A stretch of 60,856 nucleotides of DNA, counting the filler, from Collodictyon triciliatum (taxonomy: Eukaryota), in the NCBI GenBank assembly GCA_043381765.1. It is 5 parts of 5 records of this genome, joined end to end, with 100 filler letters (N's around TTAATTAATTAA, not from the genome) between each part and the next. Parts side by side here need not be neighbours in the genome. Positions count along the whole stretch, not along the records: positions 22,616 to 37,393 come from JBHJMP010001774.1; positions 37,494 to 52,278 come from JBHJMP010001775.1; 3 more parts are not named here. One strand, 5' to 3'. The translations under genes and the position numbers were made by a program. The notes beneath the pieces were generated by a model, which made no database searches, was not told the DNA's origin, and saw only the letters and a program-made list of their open reading frames with translations. The first letter of the stretch is position 1, and every line of letters starts with the position of its first letter. Below, one piece after another: positions 23,668 through 37,612 of this stretch.

Positions 23668-26600
23668 TTAGGACAACAGAAAGTTTCCTTGCCCTTCACG
23701 CATAGACAGAAAGAGCTTTTCGCGCAGTATTTGCTATGTGATATGTATTTTTCAGTATGAATTTTCTTTCACTAACACAACTTTTTTCTTGTTTCTTTTA
23801 AAAAAAATATTCATAAAGTGTTTCAGATTTCAATGATAATGTGGTATTATTACCTATATATTATAGAGGTGATAATACCACAGATAAAACAATTTTTGAA
23901 AAAAAAATTATTTGACAAAAGCCATGCAATCCTAGAACCTTGCTCGAATACTCGGGAAGCTTCAGATAGTAGAAGCATGTGGACACAGAGGGAAGCACGT
24001 GGTCCGGCTCGTATCCATCTGGTGGTGCCTTTCGTACAATCGTCAGGTGTGGATGAAGCGCCGCGATTCCTGTACATTCGGTCGTAACAAAAACAAAAAA
24101 AAACCACATTTCGTACTTTAACATGGTGCACATCGTAATATTAAGGGAGTAAATGATGAGAAGCTGTGAATAATAAATCGTTTAGAAAAATACAAAGGAG
24201 AAATCAATATAGAGTGGGTCGAATTCTCCTTTTGATATCTTGTATGAATAGACAAACCTCCCACTGGCAATTTTGGGCTCCCAGTTATGAATAGAATGAA
24301 TTCGCGCTGCTCCTCTGGATTCATTTCAACCATCACCTCCAACAGAAACTTTACAGTATTACTGTCGTGGGTAAATCCGTGGTCACATTTTGTGCTATCC
24401 AGCAGAGTTTGCATGTCCCACCTTTCCATCGATCTGCATTTGAATGAACATTAATGCATAAACTCAGTGGCATACCGGAAAAACTGTAAGTTGAAAGAGA
24501 CAATGTATAAGCAGATTAAATGAGTTTTATCTAGAAATAAGATGGAACAGGGGATATATAAAGACACAGGATACATTTTCTTCAAAAAAAATTGATTTAT
24601 CGGCGAAATAACTTTAAACCAACTATAATAATGTGATTAGGTGGCAAATATTGCAAAGATGCTTACCCATTGATTAGTGTGTCTATCTCATTCGATATAA
24701 ATGTATTCAGATGTTCCAAAGGGAAGACGGAGTTAAATCCGGATTCAAAAGCCTCTACTTGTCTTATGATTCCATCTCCAAAGAGAATTCGAAGAATATT
24801 GTTGTAGTAATCAGGTATGCTGGTAGTAGTGACATCAATAGACGCCCCGTTTGGCTGAATGACATTATTATTTTTCAATTTTGTGTAATGAAGGAGAGAA
24901 AAAAAACATTTGTTAGGTTGTGTCTTGAACATATCTATATGAGGTGGTTTAATTTTTCCTTTAAAATTCCCAAAAAAAATAAAAATAAATTAGAATGGTT
25001 TGTTTTAGAAATGCACCGGGTACAAAAGTAAACAAAGGGGAAAAAATTAGACCTTCAGCTCAACGTCCGACAAGCCAGGGAATGTAAAATCGAGACCCAG
25101 AGATTCGACCATATCTCCGTACAATCGAAGTCCAGAAAGCATCTTCTGCTTCATTGGTATCGTCTGTATCATAAAGATTTTTTACATAATTAATATATAT
25201 ATAAATCAATATTGATAATTATACAATACTTTTCCACGAGTATCTGTAATTGTTGAGCATGATATATGTATTTTAGCCAGATTTAAGGAAACAATCAGTT
25301 AGGTGTACCAAGTCCTTGTTCTGCTGTATTGATCTAAGTTGTATGCAGAATTTGTCGATTTCACCAAGGTTACGATATAAATCTTCGTCGATCAATTCGA
25401 CATCGAAAAGAGAAAGGTGTTTTCCAAGAACAATTTTATAAAAGGGCTCTGCTATTGTAATGTCAAGTATTCGGCCTAGTGAATTAATGGCTTAAGTAAT
25501 TTGCAGGAACAGACATATCAGATTACATTTATAAGCTATTAGAACAAAGGGGAAAGTTGAAAAAAAGGAAGGTAAATACCATCCATGAGAGCCTTTGCTA
25601 TTAACTGCCCAAGGCATCTAAAGTATGGAAGTACTTTGTCTATATTTTCGCTGGTGATTTTTGTATTAGTATTGAGGGTTTCCAATAAATTTTCCAGAAA
25701 AAAATTGCTATATAACAATCCATTTTATGCGTTCAGCTAAACCTGGCTGCAAATGGTCGGGGGAAAAGACCTTTGGTGGTCGTCACATATGTACTCTGCA
25801 TGAAAATTAGTTAGGTGGCACTTTTCTTCTTCTTTTTATTTATCTCAGATACGTTCGAAACTGTTGTATAATCAAATATGATAAATAATTGAGCAAATTA
25901 ACAAACGTCTGGTTGATGGCCGAATTCCATCCAAATATTCAAGTCGCGTCTTTGTAATTCCCTCGATGACAGGGTGTAAAACTCCAAGGTCGGGCCCTTT
26001 AAACATATACTTATTATTTTTTTCGTTTTTATTCACGATACCCTTGGCTGTTGGCCCTGTGCCAACAATCTTATTTGTTGATTTCTTTATCGCAAATAAT
26101 ATCGTTTTAAAATTAAATATTGAGAACTCCCCTTCCGTTGAAATTCAACGTATACAAATCCGTAGTAATAATCATAAAAAAGTATCCGAGATTAGCGCAA
26201 TGATATATATATATATACCAATCCTGTTCCAATTTCATCGAAATACTCGACTTCGAGAACTGATTTTCCAGAGGAGTACAAGTTCATAACCCTCATGGTG
26301 GATTGCAGGATTTTATCACGAGCTATTCGGACCTGGAGCATAATTTCTTCAATTTTTATAATGTGTGAGAAAATTTTGGTTTAGTTACGAAATATGGGTT
26401 GTATCTGACCTTTTGCCTTGAAATTCTGCCAATTTTGAAATCCTGTTTATCAGATATGCCGTTTTCCTGAGTCTTTTGTTGCAATCGCTTTGCACAGATT
26501 AAATCGTTATTATAAATTATCTTCTATAGAGAAAAATAGAAAACTGCGCAATCGAATGTGCACAGATAAAATGAGATGCCTTAAAAAAAAAAAACCTGTA

Positions 26601-29600
26601 ACCCTCTTGCTACTCCAAATGATGTGGAAAAGAAAAAGTATTCCCTAGTGCTGTAAGAAAATAGAAATCCGAATTTTTGACAGAGAACCTTACACCAATC
26701 GGCCAGAGTCCCTCCACAGATGACGAGCGGGTCCTATAAGGATAATCATTTAAACCAAATAGGAATGAAGAGGAAACAGCGCTTCACATTTGCTTCCTTT
26801 TTGCTCCAAATATAGGCTACAAACCTGTAATTGCCTGTTCATCTTTGAGGTAATCAATTGGTTGTGAAGTTCAGATGATTGGACAAGTGTCCCAGAACCA
26901 AAGTTAAATGCAGTGGAAGTATCAAATATTTTGTTCCAGTGATTGTTCAAGAGATTGAATATAGATAGCAATATTAATGCGATTTGGATGTTTTCCGGAA
27001 AGATTTGTGAGGCAAGTTCAGCCTCTCTTATGGTAAATAGGTATAGTTTCTGGAACCAGGATTGTTGGTCTTTCTCAACTGTACAGAAAAAAATCTCAAA
27101 ATTGGCTACCTTTTTTTTATAAAAATAAATAATTCAAAGTAGAATATATATACAACGTACCAATATCACCTCCAAGCTTTACACTATTAGAGAATAGCTT
27201 TGATGGTGATGTCGCACCTGTATAATTTAATTATGGCTGTTAGTACAGTCGTTACCTTCGACACTTGCGCACTCTATTTTATCACACTAGAGTCTTGATG
27301 AGGGAAAACATATATAACCAAAATTATGGATGTACATGGACAATTTTATCATAATCGCATAAATAGAAACGCCATTACATTCTTCTGTTTCGCTGGTTGA
27401 GCGATATACAATCGTGTGAGTATCCGTCCATAACTTTGATGGATGAAATGGTTCTTCACGGTTGCGCGCTATCAGGTCGCCTGATAACAAATGGATGTTA
27501 ACTGATCAATCAATTGAATTATATGAATTTATATATAGTTTATTCCGTTTCCTTATCAGAGCGTATGTTTGTTTGTTTGTTTGTTTGTTTGTTTGTTTGT
27601 TTGTTTGTTTGTTTGTTTGTTTGTTTGTTTGTTTGTTTGTTTGTTTGTTTGTTTGTTTGTTTGTTTGTTTCTAATACATAATCCATAAGCGATTGGTGGA
27701 AAAGTAAAGAATTAACATGATAATCATATAATCAAATTCATTGATAAGTCTGGGTAACCAACCTGACATTCGATGTGCTTGTTGTATGCAGTGGAAAATA
27801 CTAGATTGTAAGGAAGATAGAGGAAATAATGCCGAACGCTCTTCATCGATCGGCATCATGTAGCACATCACGAGTTTACGTGGGTTGATTTCTGTTTGAA
27901 AGAATTAAGAATAACTTGAAACTTGAGGCTACTAAATAGATTTCATAAAGTTGCAAGCGCTAGTATCAAAAACCGTTTCAATATTAGGGGGAAAAAACAA
28001 CTTTTCCTTATGGACGACGAAGGCGATGACGGCGACTTTGGTCCTGCAACATCAATTATTAACCAATATATAGTATTTCTCCATAAATATGGGAATCGTA
28101 AGATAATACCGTCACTTAAACTTAAGTCAGCCACTTTTTCTGGCGTCTCTTTCTCTTGAGATAAAATTCCTTGGAATCAAACAAACGTATTTATAAACAA
28201 TATAGCCGCATATTTCTTTCTAGATTGGTTTCTTGGTTAAATTGTTCACAGGATAAAATATAAACGATTGAGGATGTATCTCAATAGTATTGCATATTCT
28301 AGAAGTCCACCAACATACCATCATTCCATAGCTCGTCGAGTCGAGAAGAACTTCCCTCGTCAAGCCCTGAGGTCTGACCTGGCAATCCAACCATATGGTC
28401 CGTCGGACGACGACCACTAGGACTTGCAGATTGCCCTGGTTTCTGTTTTAGCAAGTTATTGTTAAAAAAGAAGAAAAGAATAAAAGAATCGGTATGATAT
28501 TGAAGCAAAACTCCCGATAATATACAATATACCCCAAATTAATGGAGGTCATCCAAAGAATAACTGTTTTTTATTCGATTCAAATCCATTCAAAAAATAA
28601 ATATAACAAGGTGTATGTATTTTAAAGAAATTTAGATGGTACCCATGGAGACGAGTCCCTGGATTAATTAAATTATGGCGAAAGACGGAAAGCATACATA
28701 TCATTTTAATGGTTAGTATAATAAAATGATTAATGCAGGATTGTACGCCCTGGTATCATTTGAATGGAACAATATATTATTGCCTTTTCCTTTGTGACGT
28801 TCGGGAACTAGGGGTTGCAAGCTGAGGCACCTGAATATTGTATCGGTTGAGTAAGTCTAAATAAGGAGAGACCTTGCTGAATCTTAGTTTCCTTTCCTCC
28901 CCTCTTAAAAGAGTAATACCAAATCTTATGATTACCGAGCAATTCAAAATATGAGGTATTGCCAAATAAAACGCTAAAAGACATACATGTGGTTCACTTC
29001 GAACTTTGCTCCATAAGAAATCCTCTAAAGCTTGCACTGTTACCAATGGTTCAATATGTACAACATTATTGGGGTATTCTTTCAATAAACTTTCCCCTTC
29101 AGCTATGTCATTTCAGTGAATTTAACGGTGTTAGTATTATGTATCTCATAGTATTTTATTTACTCATCAATTATATTACAACCAAGTATGTCCATATTAT
29201 TTTGTACTTATTCTTATTTAAATATGCATAGGCAGTTATTGTATTGAGTATAATCTCTTGCATTTTGGAAGGATATATTCATCAGAATAAATCAGATTAT
29301 CATGTGCATCGATATTCGAAAAGAGTAGCACATTTCATGTACCTTTTTTGAGTTTGATTTTGAATGGCTGTGTAAGGTATTTGAGTCCAAAATTTCTTCC
29401 TGAATAATCCCCACTTTGTGATGGAAAGGAATCGGTCTATCGGTGATAAGAAAGGGAAATGATATTGACAGCATCAGTCCGGTGATTTTTGGAAGAAATC
29501 TAGGAAAGAGAAAAAAACATCAATGCACCTCATATGAATGAATTATGTTGAGTTACCTTATTCATCACATCTTGTATTTTAGACAGAATTATAGAAAACA

Positions 29601-32600
29601 TAGGAGCCTAGGTATATGGTTAGTTCGTAAAATTGCTACAAAAATTTAAAAAATCGCAGTTCATTTCATGTTTCAATCAGTCTAATATCAATTACCCTAT
29701 TGACGGGTGTTTCTGCTTTGCTCCCACTTCCCTCTATTTGGTACTCAAGAACCCAAGAGACAAATTTTCTGATTCGATTGAATAGAACTCGAGTTTCGTC
29801 TTGTGAATCTAATGTGATTGTTACAATAAAACGTTAATAGATGGTTGCTTTTTCAAAAGGATTTGTACCGTTAGTATGAAATCATTCATTTAACCTGATT
29901 TGGTGTAAGTCAAAAACTTAAGGAGGGCTCCGAAAAATCCGCTTGTAAGAAGCTCGAAGGACGAAACTTTGAGAGAGGGAGAGAATATTTCGCTCATCAT
30001 TTCAAAGATCTTTGGACCTTGGATTTTTGCAAAAAGGATTTTAACAAAGAAAGAACATAATTGAGAAAAATTCACACAAAATTACTCATATTATATTTAA
30101 AATTTTAAAAATTACTTGAATGTGTATGTTCGGCTGATTCTGTTAATATTTGAGTACAACTTCGAAGCTTGTTGATGATATGTTCTGCTTCTTGTGAATA
30201 TGCGATAGTTTCCTGTAATTGATCAGCTTAACACAATGTCTTCGACAATAAAATTTCAGGAAGATATTAAAATAACAAAGTATAGTAATGAGCAGCAGCA
30301 TCAAAGTAGGAAAAAGATACCGGGTTTTGTTCAGAGAAATATATGTCCTTGATATTCTTTGCTTTTTCCAAGGCCCAGTTTTTTATTTCGCTAATTTTTG
30401 GTCCGCCTAAAGAGGAGTATTTAACTTAAAGTTAAAATTCATCATTCTTGATAGATATGGTATTTTAGTATTGTAGGTAGAGGTTTAGATATGAGTCATG
30501 AAATATAATGCCAAATACTTGATGGGCCAGCACTAGACGATTCATTGTCAGATCCGTTCTTATTTTAAAAAGTGATGCAAATATTTGTCAACGAGATGCT
30601 TAATTTTCGAAATGAATATTATTTACTCATATTGCACTGTAAATAGAGTTTAATAGAAAATATACCGAGCGTCCTCTATTCCCATTGGTCTTATTTCCCG
30701 TTGCGAACCTCCTTTTACTTGCCCCAGAGTCGTCATCTTCAAAGAGACTGTCACTATTTAACTGAATGAGCCTGTCAATCTCATTTAACACACCCTCGCG
30801 TCGAAATTCAAGAGAAAATATTTTCGGAATCTTTCGCAGCATAACTTCAGTGATTTGGATGGTAATTGCAATTAATGTCCAGTCTCGGAGAGATAAGAGC
30901 GAAGTGATGAAGGATGATATAGGCACCTTCTATGCAATTTAATATATGCTTAGATCTCTTTTATTTATGTACAAAGCGGGATTGCAAGTTAGTGTCGTAA
31001 ATGCATCAAATATGAAATACTGAAGACTTACACGAACAAAAGCAATCATGGTAGTTGGAGGTGCATGGTAAAATGCACGATTAATAATCGCAAGAGATTT
31101 CAATCGAATAGAGGAATTTGCATTCACTTCAAAAATGTGCAGCAACAGTGGAAGGATTAACTTTTATAATACCGTTTGTCAGTAAAAGTAGTGGCCAAAT
31201 TATGCTTATTAAAATAAAATAAAAAACACATACAAAGTAGTGAATATATGATTTGATTTTAAGGTATATAATGAATCAACCTCTCCAAATTGTAATAATA
31301 TCTCAGGGCTCTGTTCAAGCAGCTTTAATCTTATTGTGGTTTCTTTGTCCATGACAATATCTGGCGTCTCACTGCTACTCATTCCATTAAATTAGAAAAA
31401 AAAAAAAGTAAACCAATTACTTGAAGATGACATACACACATTTCTTTCGTTATGCATACAATGCATCATATAAAAAATAAATGAACTAGACCTTGTTCTT
31501 CTATTTCTTCTTCTAGCAAATAATTTTGATATCTGTCTTTGAAATATCGCAAACGGATTATTCGCAGCTATGTTTATTTAACGACATTAAATGCAAGTCC
31601 TAACGGGGAAAAAAATTATTCAAAATTTACGAAGCATCATATGTTCACTTATGAACGTGTTGCTCACGTGTTGGTATGACGGGTAGTAGTTCGTAACACA
31701 GTGTTAAAAGCTCAAATATGCTGTCATTCGATTTCAACAAACTGGACGGCGCTGGTGAAGAGTTGATGATGGAAACAGTGTTTTAAATATGTGTCATCTG
31801 TTGGTCTGGTAAAAAAAGAGAAAGAAAGGAGATAATTTGACGAAATGTCTTCACATACAGCCCAGCGAATTTGTGAGTATCTGATGGGTCATGGTCACTA
31901 CTCCTTGCTTCATAAAGTGAATGCTGAGCATTGGAGATCCGTGCGCACAAACAGCGAAAAAGTGTGTTACATAGGAATGAGCTATGGGCCTTTTTGAAGA
32001 GAATAAAACAAAATGAATTAATTCGTCATGTACGATTTGAATAAGATTATACGAATTTAACATTTTTGCCGTGAATTCTTATCGAGTAAATAATATAAAG
32101 TGTACAAACGGTTTGCATAAAATATACTGACGTTAGGGTGGTCATATTCGTAACCGGAGAGGAGAATATGGACACAAATTTGTCAATTATTGATATACTG
32201 GCGAGGGCTTGGAGTTTGGAGTCGCTTTCTATGAAAGATTCTGCCAATCTTGCATAACAAAGGCACGCACTTTCCATGACTGTTATTCAACAATTAGATT
32301 AGTTTGCTTTAAATTACATACATATGATATATGCATTTTATTACTAACATTGAAATTGAATTTCATTGAATTAGATGATGAGTATAAACTAATTTTTTAA
32401 GAAGCTCTAAAATGTAACATTTGGTAAGTATGCTTTTTCTTTTTCGATTTTTAAATGTCAATATCAAACTTTTTGAATCTGCTGAATCGAGGAGGTTTGT
32501 TATCATTTGCAAGCCCTCTGATAGTGACTGCAGTGTATCGCTAGGAGCCTAAGAGGGTATTTAAATCATTTAGATATATAAACATATCTAATTTTTTGGG

Positions 32601-35423
32601 GAGGGGGATGGGCCATGATATGGTATGAGAATATGAATAAGAAAAAAAAAGAAAAAGGCGTAATCCTCTTTTAATAGGATATATTTGGATTTTCTCCAAC
32701 CTGACGGCACATGTTCGCTGCTGTCACTGCTGCTGTACGCTGTACACTGATTGGAAAGAAGTCGATAAATGTCAAACACGCTGCAAGTCCTCCACTTTTC
32801 AGGACTACTTGAGGGTGGTCGATGGATATTTTTTCAATTGCCTGATATAAAATTTCATGATAAGAGATTTACTAAAAACATATATGTAAGATATAAATTG
32901 TGGGTGGATTTCTATTGATGAATAAATTGTGTATTAAACCTGAAGAGACTGCTCAGCGAGGTCGATGTATTCCACATTCATCAGTTTTGAGCATAATACA
33001 GGCGTTGCGCCATAGTTGACCACAATACTTGCAGATGTAGGCACCAATTCCATAAAAGTGGTCAGAGTTCTTGCGGCGATGACTTTAATAAATTAAGGGA
33101 AATATGATATTTGTAATATTCATAGGGCATATGATTGATTTTTTAATGACACTTTCTTTTAAATAAGAAAAGTGTAGATTAATACTTGGATTTATGAATT
33201 AATTTTTGCTATTTTTTCATTATGCGGTGAAACATTAGAAATTATATAATTTGGAATCAGGCTGGTAAAAAAGAAAAAAAGAAGGTAATATTCAACCATA
33301 AAACTGCATGTGAACTCTTTTATGCTCAATATTTTTGAAAAGGATACGCATGGTATTTGGATCTCCATCAGTACTCAGTATATTCACAATGGGAGGTATG
33401 AATATTTCTGGATTGAAAAACATAACACTTTCATCTGGCGACATTGCCATTATACTAGACATTTCAGTCAAAGCCTGGAGTTGTGCCGCACCATCTCCAT
33501 CAGAATGAAGCCCGTGTAGAATTCGAGAAATGGATATGCCTTAAAAAAAAAAAGGGAAAGGATTTAGCAATAGGATGTTTCGTGTATGCAGTATGCTAAA
33601 ATTATAACATTTTTTATAAAATAATAATCATAATCATAATCATAATCATAATCATAATCATAATCATAATCATAATCATAATCATAATCATAATCATAAT
33701 CATAATCATAATCATAAACATAAACATAATCATAAACATAAACATAAACATAAACATAAACATAAACATAAACATAATCATAATCATAATCATAATCATA
33801 ATCATAATCATAATCATAATCATAATCATAATCATAATCATAATCATAATCATAATCATAATCATAATCATAATCATAATCATAATAATCACAATCATAA
33901 TTATAATAATAATAATAATAATAAAGAGGTAAACATATATATCACCTGCATGGGACGGGCCGGATAAGTCCAGCCCATTCCCTATTCGTCGAATGGCTCC
34001 ATTTATTGCCATTGAATGGTGAGCACGTCTTTGCATCCTCGTGGCAAATATTTCGTCTTCGTCTGTGTCGTCGTCGCTAAACGTGTCTCTTCTAATAATA
34101 TTCAAATTTAATCTTCAGGACAAATCTTCCTTGAATTTTGTGGCACCGTACCATATTTCGATTACAAAGAGATTTGACGAAAAGAGTGTACATTCATTTT
34201 CTCTTTGTTCTGAATAAGATATCCATTGAATAAATTATCCATTCAACGTTAATTATTGGTTTCTACCTGCGCCCTGACATTTCTGTGTTTACTTCTAGTC
34301 CAATTGATGAAGAAATATATACCGGTAAATCAAAACCAAGTCCTAATCGGTGATGACTAAGACAGTTTTAGAAAATCGGCTAAAGAATGCATATGAAATG
34401 AATTATCATTTCTCTGTTGCTTCCCTATGTAACCGAATTATTTACTTACAACAGTGATTCAGCAGAACTTGGATCGAGTTGCCAAGGTCGAGGGCTGAAT
34501 TTGAAAAGAGTCATTATGGTTTATATATAGATAGAGCGAGAAAGAAAGAGAGGGAAAGGGGAACTGAATCAAATGCATATAATACAAAAATCATTGGGTT
34601 GCATGCAAAATTCGAATATTCATTCGAGATAAAGTCACATCCAAGTGGTAAGTTGAGTATTACATCGAGCTTCTGTCAAACAAAGAATGGATTTGTCGGT
34701 TGAAAGAGTGCCTATGGAAATCAGTTGTGTGGGTTTCTGGTCTGGTAGAATGGTGTTCAGAGGCACTGTCGAAAGCACTGAAATGGGTATCCCGCTTGTG
34801 TGAAAGGATTGAATTTTGTCGGTCCGGATTAATATCCCTGTCTTTCTCTCTGCTAGATCGTCTCTTTGATGGAGTGGGAGTTGAATTGGGGGATACGGTC
34901 GAGATCGAAGCTGGTGTCGTTCTGCGACTGCGAGGTTTCTTTGGAGTGCTTTCCTCTTTTTCTTTTGGATGATATCAAACATGATTATGAACGGAGACAC
35001 GTCTTTTATTTCATAGCACCCGCGTAAATAAACCTTTTATACGGTATAGTCCTTATGATATAGACAATCTTAAATAATGTAGTTTGTGTTACCAGATTTA
35101 CCGCCCCTGGTTGATGATTCTAGGCCGGATACAGGAATATGAGTCGCAGAGTTTCCTCTCTTTTCTGGCCTCTTTTCTGGCCTCTTTTCTGGTGAAGTTA
35201 GTGGTACAGACTCGTCTTTTTTGCTGGACTCGGCAAATACTTGACTCTTTCGGCGGGTCCTGGTGCTGATTGTGCCCGGCGGGTTAAGCGCTTCCTCAGT
35301 TGTACTTTTTGGATCTTCTGACGTATTTAATGTTTTTGAATGGCTTGTGTCTGATGAGCGATTTCGGCTGCGAAGATTCCTTTGTTCCATAAGGCAGAGC
35401 CTGTTGAAAGTATTGTTATTCAT
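23668..35423 (-). CDS. TRIP12: HECT E3 ubiquitin ligase of the TRIP12/UPL3/Ufd4 type (ARM repeats plus HECT), many exons
   Basis: [103 protein letters not shown] (catalytic Cys), EGQGNFLLS*. Start codon uncertain (35423 or 35390). Confidence 0.9.
27566..27670. repeat. (GTTT)n microsatellite, intronic
   Basis: Seen directly. Confidence 0.95.
33083..33347 (-). other. U12-type (minor) GT-AG intron in the TRIP12-like gene
   Basis: Donor GTATCCTTTT; branch site TCCCTTAAT ~9 nt before AG; splicing gives DPNTM|LIAARTLT in frame. Confidence 0.85.
33621..33923. repeat. Compound (ATAATC)n/(ATAAAC)n microsatellite, intronic
   Basis: Seen directly. Confidence 0.95.
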
Positions 35424-37393
35424 CCATCCAAAGAGTTCATTTAATTATTATTATTTTTTTTAGAAAATATGCCAATAATAGAACAGGGAAACTATGACAT
35501 AAAAAGAATCAAAGGAACTGGAAGAAGCCAATTTTTTTTCCTTTATTCGATTCAGCTAGAAGAAGCCAAATAATAAAACGTGGAGACGGACCTTATGATG
35601 AAAGAAGGAAAAGTAGGGAAAGGTGGTATGTATCTTTCCCTTTTGATCGTAGGTCTCTTCTGTTACAAATATGATCCTTCGATGCTGAATGTTCAGAAAG
35701 GATTTTCCTCCGAGTTTAGCCCTAATGACCTGGTTGTTACCTTGAAAACTGAAATGAAACAAACATACGCATCATTCACATCCGACTGGAAGATATGATC
35801 TATTTTGTGTCTTCTGCTAATCTTTTCCTTCCATTTTTTTTTCTCTCTTGTTCTCTTTTGCTTTTGGTTATCTGTTTTTAGATCTATTACGAGGCTTCGC
35901 AAACCCATTCCATATGACAAAGAAAAGGAGTAATAAAGACCACTTGGAGAATCGTGCTTGGGGTGATCTATTTCCAAGCCATATCGCCCCCCAACTCGAG
36001 TCATGCGAGAACAACTTCAAAGCAACCATCCGCCTTCTCTCCTCCATCCCTTCTTTTGCCCCTTCTTTTGGGATTCAAAACTTTCTAGAGAGAGTGTGAT
36101 GCCTTACTAATAGATCTTATCTTAGCCTTCTCAATACCTCACAGCTCAGCTTGTTGCTATATACTCGCACGCACCCATACCCCACACACTCACTTCTCCC
36201 TTGGTAAAAGGCACACGAAGGAACGAGTTGCGATCGAATAACTGTAAAAGGAAATAAGATCAATGAGCTATCTTTGCTGAACATGATTCCGTGAACATAG
36301 TAACGCGCATAAAAGTGTCGCAGAAACAGGCTGGGGTGCCAACTTCATATCTTTTGAAAAAGTGATTTCTGGTGGGGTGTCCTGTCAGCACAGCACTATC
36401 ATGGCAACACAGCGGTGCACTCTTATCAATTATTTTTCTTTCCCCCTGTCGAGGCAATCTAGGAATCGATTTGTATACAGAAACATACAACATGCAGCCA
36501 ATTCTCGCAACGGCCTAAGTAGAAATACTTCAAAAGTAACAAAAAAAAATCCAGAAAAAAATATGGCCCATAATTTTAAGCTAGGAATTGTATACGTAAT
36601 TTTTTTTTTCCAGACATTCTTTTGTGCATTAGATATTTACACAGTAAGAATTCAAGCACTCGAGCATTAAATAATTGAATACGTCAGTGTCGGTATTATT
36701 GTTTTGGCGATTATCTTGATTTTGAAGAATTAAATTCCTCCATCCAGTCCAAAAAGAGCAGGGCGTATAGAGGCCCACCAAACCGCATTTGTGGAACCAC
36801 CCACGTAGTGATGCTGCGGACCATGTGTCCATCGCAGCCATTTGCCCCTTAGCAACACTCCACAACCAGTCCAGACCAACCCCACCCACAATGGAACGCT
36901 CCTCTCACAGCGCCATCAAAGCCGAAAACCACCCTGAGAAACACAAACACAAACACACGCACCAAAGTGGAAAGCCACGGAAACCAAGGAGTTGGCGCCC
37001 ACAGACGCCACGCCAACAGAGGAGGCGCCAGCGGCGGCAAAGGAGCAACAAGCAAGAAGGAGAAGAGGAAGAGGAAGAAGAGCAGGACAAGGAGGCTGCG
37101 GCACACATGCACACAAGAAGAGTGCAGAGGCGCGGGGCGTATGTGAGCATGGCGCATTGCCCAACCTGCCCCAGACATGCTGAATCTTCGTCTCTGAGCA
37201 GCCCTCCCACGCCTCCATCTCACATTTTTTTTTCTTTCTACTCACGCATTCTATCCACAGCGCGTTTTCCCTTCATCTGCTCCACAAATGGAAGCCCGAC
37301 GCGCAACAGACAGACCGCGGCAGGGCGTGCATGTATGTGTGTGTATTGCGTGATGTGTTGTATTATGTTGTGTTGTGGTATGTATACGGGGGG

Positions 37394-37493
37394 NNNNNNN
37401 NNNNNNNNNNNNNNNNNNNNNNNNNNNNNNNNNNNNNTTAATTAATTAANNNNNNNNNNNNNNNNNNNNNNNNNNNNNNNNNNNNNNNNNNNN
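37394..37493. other. Artificial scaffold linker
   Basis: N44-TTAATTAATTAA-N44. Confidence 0.97.
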
Positions 37494-37594
37494 AGTGAGT
37501 GAGTGAGTGAGTGAGTGAGTGAGTGAGTGAGTGAGTGAGTGAGTGAGTGAGTGAGTGAGTGAGTGAGTGAGTGAGTGAGTGAGTGAGTGAGTGA
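37494..37594. repeat. (AGTG)n microsatellite
   Basis: Seen directly. Confidence 0.95.
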
Positions 37595-37612
37595 TATACT
37601 AATTTTGTGCAG

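Noticed and set aside
36700-37393. GC-rich stretch with overlapping ORFs on both strands
   Set aside because: Low-complexity translations with no recognisable domain; probably UTR, promoter or an unassignable exon at the scaffold end.
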